The notes under the pieces: generated by a model | Seen by the model: the letters and a program-made list of their open reading frames with translations, nothing else | What the model was told of the DNA's origin: nothing | Databases searched by the model: none | Position numbers and translations under genes: made by a program | Shown here: positions 52,465-64,000 of the stretch, one piece after another | How positions within the stretch are numbered: the first letter of the stretch is position 1 | Layout: every line of letters begins with the position of its first letter | Source of the DNA: Eledone cirrhosa | Taxonomy: Eukaryota | Length of the DNA: 64,000 bases | NCBI GenBank assembly: GCA_964016885.1 | Contig: OZ024740.1 | Location: forward strand, 391,902,001 to 391,966,000 | Reading direction: 5' to 3'

Positions 52465-55400
52465 GATGATAGTGATGATGATAGTGGTGATGGTAGTGGT
52501 GATGGTAGTGGTGATTGTAGTGGTGATGGTAGTGGTGATTGTAGTGGTGATTGTAGTGGTGATGGTAGTGGTGATGATAGTGGTGATGGTATTGGTGATG
52601 GTAGTGGTGATGGTAGTGGTGATGGTAGTGGTGATGGTAGTGGTGATGGTAGTGGTGATTGTAGTGGTGATTGTAGTGGTGATGGTAGTGGTGATGATAG
52701 TGGTGATGGTATTGGTGATGGTAGTGGTGATTGTAGTGGTGATGGTAGTGGTGATGATAGTGGTGATGGTAGTGGTGATGGTAGTGGTGATGGTAATGGT
52801 GATGGTAGTGGTGATGGTAGTGGTGATGGTAGTGGTGATGGTAATGGTGATGGTAGTGGTGATGGTAGTGGTGAGGGTAGTGGTGATGGTAGTGGTGATG
52901 GTAGTGGTGATGGTAGTGGTGATGGTAATGGTGATGGTAGTGGTGATGGTAGTGGTGAGGGTAGTGGTGATGGTAATGGTGATGGTAATGGTGATAGTAG
53001 TGGTGATGGTAGTGGTGATGGTAGTGGTGATGGTAGTGGTGATGGTAGTGGTGATGGTAATGGTGATGGTAGTGGTGATGGTAGTGGTGATGATAGTGGT
53101 GATGGTAGTGGTGATGGTAGTGGTGATGGTAATGGTGATGGTAGTGGTGATGGTAGTGGTGAGGGTAGTGGTGATGGTAGTGGTGATGGTAGTGGTGATG
53201 GTAGTGGTGATGGTAATGGTGATGGTAGTGGTGATGGTAGTGGTGAGGGTAGTGGTGATGGTAGTGGTGATGGTAGTGGTGATGGTAGTGGTGATGGTAA
53301 TGGTGATGGTAGTGGTGATGGTAGTGGTGAGGGTAGTGGTGATGGTAATGGTGATGGTAATGGTGATAGTAGTGGTGATGGTAGTGGTGATGGTAGTGGT
53401 GATGGTAGTGGTGATGGTAGTGGTGATGGTAATGGTGATGGTAGTGGTGATGATAGTGGTGATGGTAGTGGTGATGGTAGTGGTGATGGTAATGGTGATG
53501 GTAGTGGTGATGGTAGTGGTGATGGTAGTGGTGATGGTAGTGGTGATGGTAGTGGTGATGGTAATGGTGATGGTAGTGGTGATGGTAGTGGTGAGGGTAG
53601 TGGTGATGGTAATGGTGATGGTAATGGTGATGATAGTGGTGATGGTGGTGGTGATGATAGTGGTGATGGTAGTGGTGATGGTAATGGTGATGGTAGTGGT
53701 GATGATAGTGGTGATGGTGGTGGTGATGGTAGTGGTGATGATAGTGGTGATGGTAGTGGTGATGGTAGTGGTGATGATAGTGGTGATGGTATTGGTGATG
53801 GTAGTGGTGAGGGTAGTGGTGATGGTAATGGTGATGGTAATGGTGATGGTAGTGGTGATGATAGTGGTGATGGTAGTGGTGATGGTAAGGTGATGATAGT
53901 GGTGATGGTAGTGGTGATGGTAGTGGTGATGGTAGTGGTGATGGTAGTGGTGATGGTAGTGGTGATGGTAGTGGTGATGGTAATGGTGATGGTAGTGGTG
54001 ATGGTAGTGGTGATGGTAAGGTGATGATAGTGGTGATGGTAGTGGTGATGGTAGTGGTGATGGTAGTGGTGATGGTAGTGGTGATGGTAGTGGTGATGGT
54101 AGTGGTGATGATAGTGGTGATGGTAGTGGTGATGGTAGTGGTGATGGTCGTGGTGATGATAGTGGTGATGGTAGTGGTGATGGTAGTGGTGATGGTAGTG
54201 GTGATGGTAGTGGTGATGGTATTGGTGATGGTAGTGGTGATGGTAGTGGTGATGGTAGTGGTGATGGTAATGGTGATGGTAGTGGTGATGGTAGTGGTGA
54301 TGGTAGTGGTGATGATAGTGGTGATGGTAGTGGTGATGGTAAGGTGATGATAGTGGTGATGGTAGTGGTGATGGTAGTGGTGATGGTAGTGGTGATGGTA
54401 GTGGTGATGGTAGTGGTGATGATAGTGGTGATGGTAGTGGTGATGGTAGTGGTGATGGTAGTGGTGATGATAGTGGTGATGGTAGTGGTGATGGTAGTGG
54501 TGATGGTAGTGGTGATGGTAGTGGTGATGGTGGTGGTGATGATAATGGTGAAAGTAGTGGTGATGGTAATGGTGATGGTAGTGGTGATGGTAGTGGTGAT
54601 GGTAGTGGTGATGATAATGGTGATGGTAGTGGTGATGGTAGTGGTGATGGTAGTGGTGATGATAATGGTGATGGTAGTGGTGATGGTAGTGGTGATGGTA
54701 GTGGTGATGGCAGTGGTGATGGTAGTGGTGATGGTGGTGGTGATGATAGTGGTGATGATAATGGTGATGGTAGTGGTGATGGTAGTGGTGATGGTAGTGG
54801 TGATGGTGGTGGTGATGATAGTGGTGATGGTAGTGGTGATGGTAGTGGTGATGGTAGTGGTGATGGTAGTGGTGATGGTAGTGGTGATGGTAGTGGTGAT
54901 GATAGTGGTGATGATAGTTGTGATGATAGTGGTGATGGTAGTGGTGATGGTAGTGGTGATGGTAGTGGTGATGGTAGTGGTGATGGTAGTGGTGATGATA
55001 GTGGTGATGGTAGTGGTGATGGTAGTGGTGATGGTAGTGATGATGATGATGGTGATGGTAGTGGTGATGGTAGTGGTGATGGTAGTGGTGATGGTAGTGG
55101 TGATGGTAGTGGTGATGGTAGTGGTGATGGTAGTGGTGATGGTAGTGGTGATGATGGTGGTGATGGTAGTGGTGCTGATAGTGGTGATGGTAGTGGTGGC
55201 GGTAGTGGTGATGATAGTGGTGAAGGTAGTGGTGATGGTAGTGGTGATGGTAGTGGTGATGGTGGTGGTGATGATAATGGTGATGGTAGTGGTGATGGTA
55301 GTGGTGATGGTAGTGGTGATGGTAGTGGTGATGGTAGTGGTGATGATAGTGGTGATGGTAGTGGTGATGGTAGTGGTGATGATGGTGGTGATGGTAGTGG

Positions 55401-58400
55401 TGATGGTAGTGGTGATGGTAGTGGTGATGGTAGTGGTGATGGTAGTGGTGATGGTAGTGGTGATGGTAGTGGTGATGGTAGTGGTGATGGTAGTGGTGAT
55501 GGTGGTGGTGATGATAATGGTGATGGTAGTGGTGATGGTAGTGGTGATGGTAGTGGTGATGGTAGTGGTGATGGTAGTGGTGATGGTAATGGTGATGGTA
55601 GTGGTGATGGTAGTTGTGATGGTAGTGGTGATGGTAATGGTGATGGTAGTGGTGATGGTAGTGGTGATGGTAGTGGTGATGGTAGTGGTGATGGTAGTGG
55701 TGATGGTGGTGTGATGATAGTGGTGATGATAGTGGTGATGGTAGTGGTGATGGTAGTGGTGATGATAGTGGTGATGGTAGTTGTGATGGTGGTGGTGATG
55801 GTGGTGGTGATGGTAGTGGTGATGATAATGGTGATGGTAGTGGTGATGGTAGTGGTGATGGTAGTGGTGATGGTAGTGGTGATGGTAGTGGTGATGGTAG
55901 TGGTGATGGTAGTGGTGATGATAATGGTGATGGTAGTGGTGATGGTAGTGGTGATGGTAGTGGTGATGGTAGTGGTGATGGTAGTGGTGATGGTAGTGGT
56001 GATGGTAGTGGTGATGATGGTGGTGATGGTAGTGGTGATCATAGTGGTGATGGTAGTGGTGATGGTAGTGGTGATGGTAGTAGTGATGGTAGTGGTGATG
56101 GTAGTGGTGATGTTAGTGGTGATGGTAGTTGTGATGGTAGTGGTGATGGTAGTGGTGATGGTAGTGGTGATGGTAGTGGTGATGGTGGTGGTGATGATAG
56201 TGGTGATGATAATGGTGATGTTAGTGGTGATGGTAGTGGTGATGGTAGTGGTGATGGTAGTGGTGATGATAGTGGTGATGGTAGTGGTGATGGTAGTGGT
56301 GATGGTAGTGGTGATGGTAGTGGTGATGGTAGTGGTGATGGTAGTGGTGATGATAGTGGTGATGGTAGTGGTGATGGTAGTGGTGATGGTAGTGGTGATG
56401 ATAGTGGTGATGGTAGTGGTGATGGTAGTGGTGATGGTAGTGGTGATGGTAGTGGTGATTATAGTGGTGATGGTAGTGGTGATGATAGTGGTGATGGTAG
56501 TGGTGATGGTAGTGGTGATGGTAGTGGTGATGGTAGAGGTGATGGTAGTGGTGATGGTAGTGGTGATGATAGTGGTGGTGGTAGTGGTGATGGTAGTGGT
56601 GATGGTGGTGGTGATGGTAGTGGTGATGGTGGTGGTGATGATAATGGTGAAAGTAGTGGTGATGGTAGTGGTGATGGTAGTGGTGATGGTAGTGGTGGCG
56701 GTAGTGGTGATGGTAGTGGTGATGGTAGTGGTGATGGTAGTGGTGATGGTAGTGGTGATGGTAGTGGTGATGGTGGTGGTGATGATAATGGTGAAAGTAG
56801 TGGTGATGGTAGTGGTGATGGTAGTGGTGATGGTAGTGGTGATAGTAGTGGTGATGGAAGTGGTGATGGTAGTGGTGATGATAGTGGTGATGGTAGTGGT
56901 GATGGTAGTGGTGATGGTAGTGGTGATGGTAGTGGTGATGGTAGTGGTGATGGTAGTGGTGATGGTAGTGGTGATAGTAGTGGTGATGGTAGTGGTAATG
57001 GTAGTGGTGATGATAGTGGTGATGGTAGTGGTGATGGTAGTGGTGATGATAGTGGTGATGGTAGCGGTGATGGTAGTGGTGATGGGAGTGGTGATGGTAC
57101 TGGTGATGGTAGTGGTGATGGTAGTGGTGATGGTAGTGGTGATGATAGTGGTGATGGTAGTGGTGATGGTAGTGGTGATGGTAGTGGTGATGGTAGTGGT
57201 GATGGTAGTGGTGATGGTGGTGGTGATGATAGTGGTGATGATAATGGTGATGGTAGTGGTGATGGTAGTGGTGATGGTGGTGGTGATGATAGTGGTGGTG
57301 GTAGTGGTGATGGTAGTGGTGATGGTTGTGGTGATGATGGTGGTGATGGTAGTGGTGATGGTAGTGGTGATGATGGTGGTGATGGTTGTGGTGATGATGG
57401 TGGTGATGGTAGTGGTGGTGGTAGTGGTGATGGTAGTGGTGATGATAGTGGTGATGGTAGTGGTGATGGTAGTGGTGATGGTGGTGGTGATGATAGTGGT
57501 GATGATAGTGGTGATGGTGGTGGTGATGATAGTGGTTATGGTAGTGGTTATGGTAGTGGTGATGGTAGTGGTTATGATAGTGGTGATGGTAGTGGTGATG
57601 GTAGTGGTGATGGTAGTGGTGATGGTAGTGGTGATGGTAGTGGTGATGGTGGTGGTGATGATAGTGGTGATGATAGTGGTGATGTTAGTGGTGATGGTTG
57701 TGGTGATTGTAGTGGTGATGGTAGTGGTGATGATAGTGGTGATGATAGTGGTGAAGGTAGTGGTGATGCTAGTGGTGATGGTGGTGGTGATGGTAGTGGT
57801 GATGGTAGTGGTGATGGTAGTGGTGATGATAATGGTGATGGTAGTGGTGATGGTAGTGGTGATGGTAGTGGTGATGGTAGTGGTGATGGTAGTGGTGATA
57901 GTAGTGGTGATGGTAGTGGTGATGGTAGTGGTGGTGATAGTGGTGATGGTAGTTGTGATGGTAGTGGTGATGGTAGTGGTGATGGTAGTGGTGATGGTAG
58001 TGGTGATGGTAGTGGTGATGGTAGTGGTGATGGTAGTGGTGATGGTAGTGGTGATGATAGTGGTGATGGTAGTGGTGATGGTAGTGGTGATGGTAGTGGT
58101 GATGGTAGTGGTGATGGTAGTGGTGATGGTAGTGGTGATGGTAGTGGTGATGGTAGTGGTGATGATAGTGGTGATTGTAGTGGTTATGGTAGTGGTGATG
58201 GTAGTGGTGATGGTAGTGGTGATGGTAGTGGTGATGGTTGTGGTGATGATGGTGGTGATGGTAGTGGTGATGGTAGTGGTGATGGTAGTGGTGGTGGTAG
58301 TGGTGATGGTAGTGGTGATGGTAGTGGTGATGGTAGTGGTGATGGTAGTGGTTATGGTAGTGGTGATGGTAGTGGTTATGATAGTGGTGATGGTAGTGGT

Positions 58401-61400
58401 TATGGTAGTGGTGATGGTAGTGGTGATGGTAGTGGTGATGGTAGTGGTGATGGTAGTGGTGATGGTAGTGGTGATGGTAGTGGTTATGGTAGTGGTGATG
58501 GTAGTGATTATGATAGTGGTGATGGTAGTGGTGATGGTAGTGGTGATGGTAGTGGTGATGGTAGTGGTGATGGTGGTGGTGATGATAGTGGTGATGATAA
58601 TGGTGATGGTAGTGGTGATGGTAGTGGTGATGGTAGTGGTGATGGTAGTGGTGATGGTAGTGGTGATGGTAGTGTTGATGGTTGTGGTGATGATGGTGGT
58701 GATGGTAGTGGTGGGGGTAGTGGTGATGGTAGTGGTGATGATGGTGGTGATGCTAGTGGTGGTGGTAGTGGTGATGGTAGTGGTGATGGTAGTGGTTATG
58801 ATAGTGGTGATAGTAGTGGTGATGGTAGTGGTGATGGTAGTGGTGATGGTAGGGGTGATGGTAGTGGTGATGGTGGTGGTGATGACAGTGGTGATGATAG
58901 TGGTGATGGTAGTGGTGATGGTTGTGGTGATGGTAGTGGTGATGGTAGTGGTGATGATAGTGGTGATGATAGTGGTGATGGTAGTGGTGATGGTAGTGGT
59001 GATGGTGGTGGTGATGATAGTGGTGATGATAATGGTGATGGTAGTGGTGATGGTAGTGGTGTTGGTAGTGGTGATGGTGGTGGTGATGATAGTGGTGATG
59101 AAAATGGTGATGGTAGTGGTGATGATAATGGTGATGGTAGTGGTGATGGTTGTGGTGATGGTTGTGGTGATGATGGTGGTGATGGTAGTGGTGATGGTAG
59201 TGGTGATGGTTGTGGTGATGATGGTGGTGATGATAGTGGTGATGGTAGTAGTGATGGTTGTGGTGATGGTAGTGGTGATGGTAGTGGTGATGATAGTGGT
59301 GATGATATTGGTGATGGTAGTGGTGATGGTAGTGGTGATGGTGGTGGTGATGATAGTGGTGATGATAATGGTGATGGTAGTGGTGATGGTAGTGGTGATG
59401 GTAGTGGTGATGGTGGTGGTGATGATAGTGGTGATGAAAATGGTGATGGTAGTGGTGATGATAATGGTGATGGTAGTGGTGATGGTAGTGGTGATGGTAG
59501 TGGTGATGATAGTGGTGATGATAGTGGTGATGATAGTGGTGATGGTAGTGGTGATGGTAGTGGTGATGGTAGTGGTGATGGTAGTGGTGATGGTAGTGGT
59601 GATGGTAGTGGTGATGATGGTGGTGATGGTAGTGGTGATGATAGTGGTGATGGTAGTGGTGGCGGTAGTGGTGATGATAGTGGTGATGGTAGTGGTGATG
59701 GTAGTGGTGATGGTAGTGGTGATGGTGGTGGTGATGATAATGGTGATGGTAGTGGTGATGGTAGTGGTGATGGTAGTGGTGATGGTAGTGGTGATGGTAG
59801 TGGTGATGATAGTGGTGATGGTAGTGGTGATGGTAGTGGTGATGATGGTGGTGATGGTAGTGGTGATGATAGTGGTGATGGTAGTGGTGGCGGTAGTGGT
59901 GATGATAGTGGTGATGGTAGTGGTGATGGTAGTGGTGATGGTAGTGGTGATGATAGTGGTGATGATAGTGGTGATGAAAATGGTGATGGTAGTGGTGATG
60001 ATAATTGTGATGGTAGTGGTGATGGTAGTGGTGATGGTGGTGGTGATGGTAGTGGTGATGGTAGTGGTGATGGTAGTGGTGATGATAGTGGTGATGAAAA
60101 TGGTGATGGTAGTGGTGATGATAATTGTGATGGTAGTGGTGATGGTAGTGGTGATGATAGTGGTGATGATAGTGGTGATGATAGTGGTGATGGTAGTGGT
60201 GATGGTAGTGATGATGGTAGTGCTGATGGTAGTGGTGATGGTAGTGGTGATGGTAGTGGTGATGATGGTGGTGATGGTAGTGGTGATGATAGTGGTGATG
60301 ATAGTGGTGGCGGTAGTGGTGATGATAGTGGTGATGGTAGTGGTGATGGTAGTGGTGATGGTGGTGGTGATGGTAGTGGTGATGGTGGTGGTGATGATAA
60401 TGGTGATGGTAGTGGTGATGGTAGTGGTGATGGTAGTGGTGATGATAGTGGTGATGGTAGTGGTGATGGTAGTGGTGATGATGGTGGTGATGGTAGTGGT
60501 GATGATAGTGGTGATGGTAGTGGTGGCGGTAGTGGTGATGATAGTGGTGATGGTAGTGGTGATGGTAGTGGTGATGGTGGTGGTGATGGTAGTGGTGATG
60601 GTAGTGGTGATGGTAGTGGTGATGGTAGTGGTGATGGTAGTTGTGATGGTAGTGGTGATGGTAGTGGTGATGGTAGTGGTGATGGTAGTGGTGATGGTAG
60701 TGGTGATGGTAGTGGTGATGGTAGTGGTGATGGTAGTGGTGATGGTGGTGGTGATGATAGTGGTGATGGTAGTGGTGATGGTAGTGGTGATGGTGGTGGT
60801 GATGATAGTGGTGATGGTAGTGGTGATGGTAGTGGTGATGGTAGTGGTGATGGTAGTTGTGATGGTAGTGGTGATGGTAGTGGTGATGGTAGTGGTGATG
60901 GTAGTGGTGATGGTAGTGGTGATGGTAGTGGTGATGGTAGTGGTGATGGTAGTGGTGATGGTGGTGGTGATGATAGTGGTGATGGTAGTGGTGATGGTAG
61001 TGGTGATGATAGTGGTGATGGTAGTGGTGATGATAGTCGTGATGGTAGTGGTGATGGTGGTGGTGATGATAGTGGTGATGGTAGTGGTGATGGTAGTGGT
61101 GATGATAATGGTGATGGTAGTGGTGATGGTAGTAGTGATGGTAGGGGTGATGGTAGTGGTGATTGTAGTGGTGATGATAGTGGTGATGGTAGTTGTGATG
61201 GTAGTGGTGATGGTAGTGGTGATGGTAGTGGTGATGATAGTGGTGATGATGGTGGTGATGATAGTGGTGATGGTAGTTGTGATGGTAGTGGTGATGGTAG
61301 TGGTGATGGTAGTGGTGATGGTAGTGCTGATGGTAGGGGGTGATGGTAGTGGTGATGATAATGGTGATGGTAGTGGTGATGGTAGTGGTGATGGTAGTGG

Positions 61401-64000
61401 TGATGGTAGTGGTGATGATAATGGTGATGGTAGTGGTGATGGTAGTGGTGATGGTAGTGGTGATGGTAGTGGTGATGGTAGTGGTGATGGTGGTGGTGAT
61501 GATAGTGGTGATGATAATGGTGATGGTAGTGGTGATGGTAGTGGTGATGGTAGTGGTGATGGTGGTGGTGATGATAGTGGTGATGGTAGTGGTGATGGTA
61601 GTGGTGATGGTAGTGGTGATGGTAGTGGTGATGGTAGTGGTGATGGTAGTGGTGATGGTAGTGGTGATGGTAGTGGTGATGATAGTGGTGATGATAGTGG
61701 TGATGGTAGTGGTGATGGTAGTGGTGATGGTAGTGGTGATGGTAGTGGTGATGGTAGTGGTGATGGTAGTGGTGATGGTAGTGGTGATGGTAGTGGTGAT
61801 GGTAGTGATGATGATGATGGTGATGGTAGTGGTGATGGTAGTGGTGATGATAGTGGTGATGAAAATGGTGATGGTAGTGGTGATGGTAGTGGTGATGATA
61901 GAGGTGATGATAGTGGTGATGATAGTGGTGATGGTAGTGGTGATGGTAGTGCTGATGGTAGTGGTGATGGTAGTGGTGATGGTAGTGGTGATGGTAGTGG
62001 TGATGATGGTGGTGATGGTAGTGGTGCTGATAGTGGTGATGGTAGTGGTGGCGGTAGTGGTGATGATAGTGGTGAAGGTAGTGGTGATGGTAGTGGTGAT
62101 GGTAGTGGTGATGGTGGTGGTGATGATAATGGTGATGGTAGTGGTGATGGTAGTGGTGATGGTAGTGGTGATGGTAGTGGTGATGGTAGTGGTGATAGTG
62201 GTGATGGTAGTGGTGATGGTAGTGGTGATGGTAGTGGTGATGATGGTGGTGAGGTAGTGGTGATGATAGTGGTGATGGTAGTGGTGGCGGTAGTGGTGAT
62301 GATAGTGGTGATGGTAGTGGTGATGGTAGTGGTGATGGTAGTGGTGATGGTAGTGGTGATGGTAGTGGTGATGGTAGTGGTGATGGTAATGGTGATGGTA
62401 GTGGTGATGGTAGTGGTGATGGTAGTGGTGATGGTAATGGTGATGGTAGTGGTGATGGTAGTGGTGATGGTAGTGGTGATGGTAGTGGTGATGGTTGTGG
62501 TGATGGTAGTGGTGATGGTAATGGTGATGGTAGTGGTGATGGTAGTGGTGATGGTAGTGGTGATGGTAATGGTGATGGTAGTGGTGATGGTAGTGGTGAT
62601 GGTAGTGGTGATGGTAGTGGTGATGGTAGTGGTGATGGTAGTGGTGATGGTAGTGGTGATGGTAGTGGTGATGGTAGTGGTGATGGTAATGGTGATGGTA
62701 GTGGTGATGGTATTGGTGATGGTAGTGGTGATGATAGTGGTGATGGTAGTTGTGATGGTGGTGGTGATGGTGGTGGTGATGGTAGTGGTGATGATAATGG
62801 TGATGGTAGTGGTGATGGTATTGGTGATGGTAGTGGTGATGGTAGTGGTGATGGTAGTGGTGATGGTAGTGGTGATGGTAGTGGTGATGGTAGTGGTGAT
62901 GGTGGTGGTGATGATAGTGGTGATGATAGTGGTGATGGTAGTGGTGATGATAGTGGTGATGGTAGTGGTGATGGTATTGGTGATGGTAGTGGTGATGATA
63001 GTGGTGATGGTAGTTGTGATGGTGGTGGTGATGGTGGTGGTGATGGTAGTGGTGATGATAATGGTGATGGTAGTGGTGATGGTATTGGTGATGGTAGTGG
63101 TGATGGTAGTGGTGATGGTAGTGGTGATGGTAGTGGTGATGGTAGTGGTGATGGTAGTGGTGATGATAATGGTGATGGTAGTGGTGATGGTAGTGGTGAT
63201 GGTAGTGGTGATGGTAGTGGTGATGGTAGTGGTGATGGTAGTGGTGATGGTAGTGGTGATGGTAGTGGTGATGGTAGTGGTGATGATAGTGGTGATGGTA
63301 GTGGTGATGATAGTGGTGATGGTAGTGGTGATGGTAGTGGTGATGGTAGTTGTGATGGTAGTGGTGATGGTAGTGGTGATGTTAGTGGTGATGGTAGTTG
63401 TGATGGTAGTGGTGATGGTAGTGGTGATGGTAGTGGTGATGGTAGTGGTGATGGTGGTGGTGATGATAGTGGTGATGATAATGGTGATGGTAGTGGTGAT
63501 GGTAGTGGTGATGGTAGTGGTGATGGTAGTGGTGATTATAGTGATGATGGTAGTGGTGATGATAGTGGTGATGGTAGTGGTGATGGTAGTGGTGATGGTA
63601 GTGGTGATGGTAGAGGTGATGGTAGTGGTGATGGTAGTGGTGATGATAGTGGTGATGGTAGTGGTGATGGTAGTGGTGATGGTGGTGGTGATGGTAGTGG
63701 TGATGGTGGTGGTGATGATAATGGTGAAAGTAGTGGTGATGGTAGTGGTGATGGTAGTGGTGATGATGGTGGTGATGGTAGTGGTGATGATAGTGGTGAT
63801 GGTAGTGGTGGCGGTAGTGGTGATGATAGTGGTGATGGTAGTGGTGATGGTAGTGGTGATGGTAGTGGTGATGGTGGTGGTGATGATAATGGTGATGGTA
63901 GTGGTGATGGTAGTGGTGATGGTAGTGGTGATGGTTGTGGTGATGATGGTGGTGATGGTAGTGGTGATGATAGTGGTGATGGTAGTGGTGATGGTGGTGG
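52465..64000. repeat. 12 bp satellite (GGTGATGGTAGT)n, >11.5 kb, running off the window
   Basis: Continuous array with point variants (GATAGT, GGTAAT, GATAAT, GGTGGT) and rare phase shifts (~53888, 54019, 54341, 55710, 61339). Confidence 0.98.

Noticed and set aside
52351-54024. 557 aa ORF with hydrophobic N-terminus and (GDGS)n, resembling a secreted Gly/Asp-rich protein
   Set aside because: It is a reading of the 12 bp satellite; several frames are open by construction, the frame shifts into (VVM)n, and the leader derives from degenerate trinucleotide repeats.
52419-56042. 1207 aa (SPLP)n extensin-like ORF
   Set aside because: Antisense translation of the same satellite.
52465-64000. Telomeric array or CRISPR-like array
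   Set aside because: No TTAGGG units and no unique spacers; plain tandem satellite.

Overview
Eukaryotic, AT-rich, microsatellite-saturated intergenic or intronic DNA. The SINE families and the (TA)n/(CA)n load suggest an octopod cephalopod (inference). No host protein-coding gene is recognisable; most ORF-track entries are microsatellite or satellite artefacts. The first ~52 kb is dominated by decayed retroelements: at least five Penelope-like elements (PLEs; RT and/or GIY-YIG remnants, three resembling the Naiad clade), many short non-coding PLE-like elements with 5'-inverted arms sitting in (TA)n, RTE, CR1-like and RLE-type LINE fragments, tRNA-derived SINEs and one internally deleted Tc1/mariner. 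From ~52.47 kb to the window end lies a (GGTGATGGTAGT)n satellite with an apparent ~7 kb higher-order duplication. Main discoveries: (1) about nine distinct type-I hammerhead ribozyme (HHR) families folded by eye in PLE pseudo-LTRs and non-autonomous derivatives, including unusual core variants; (2) a fragment at 14630-14804 that differs from its sister copy at 47232-47404 by 13 A>G changes out of 15 differences, confined to the part that is double-stranded in the sister copy. This is the signature expected of an ADAR-hyperedited RNA reverse-transcribed back into the genome, and it destroys the ribozyme GAAA core.
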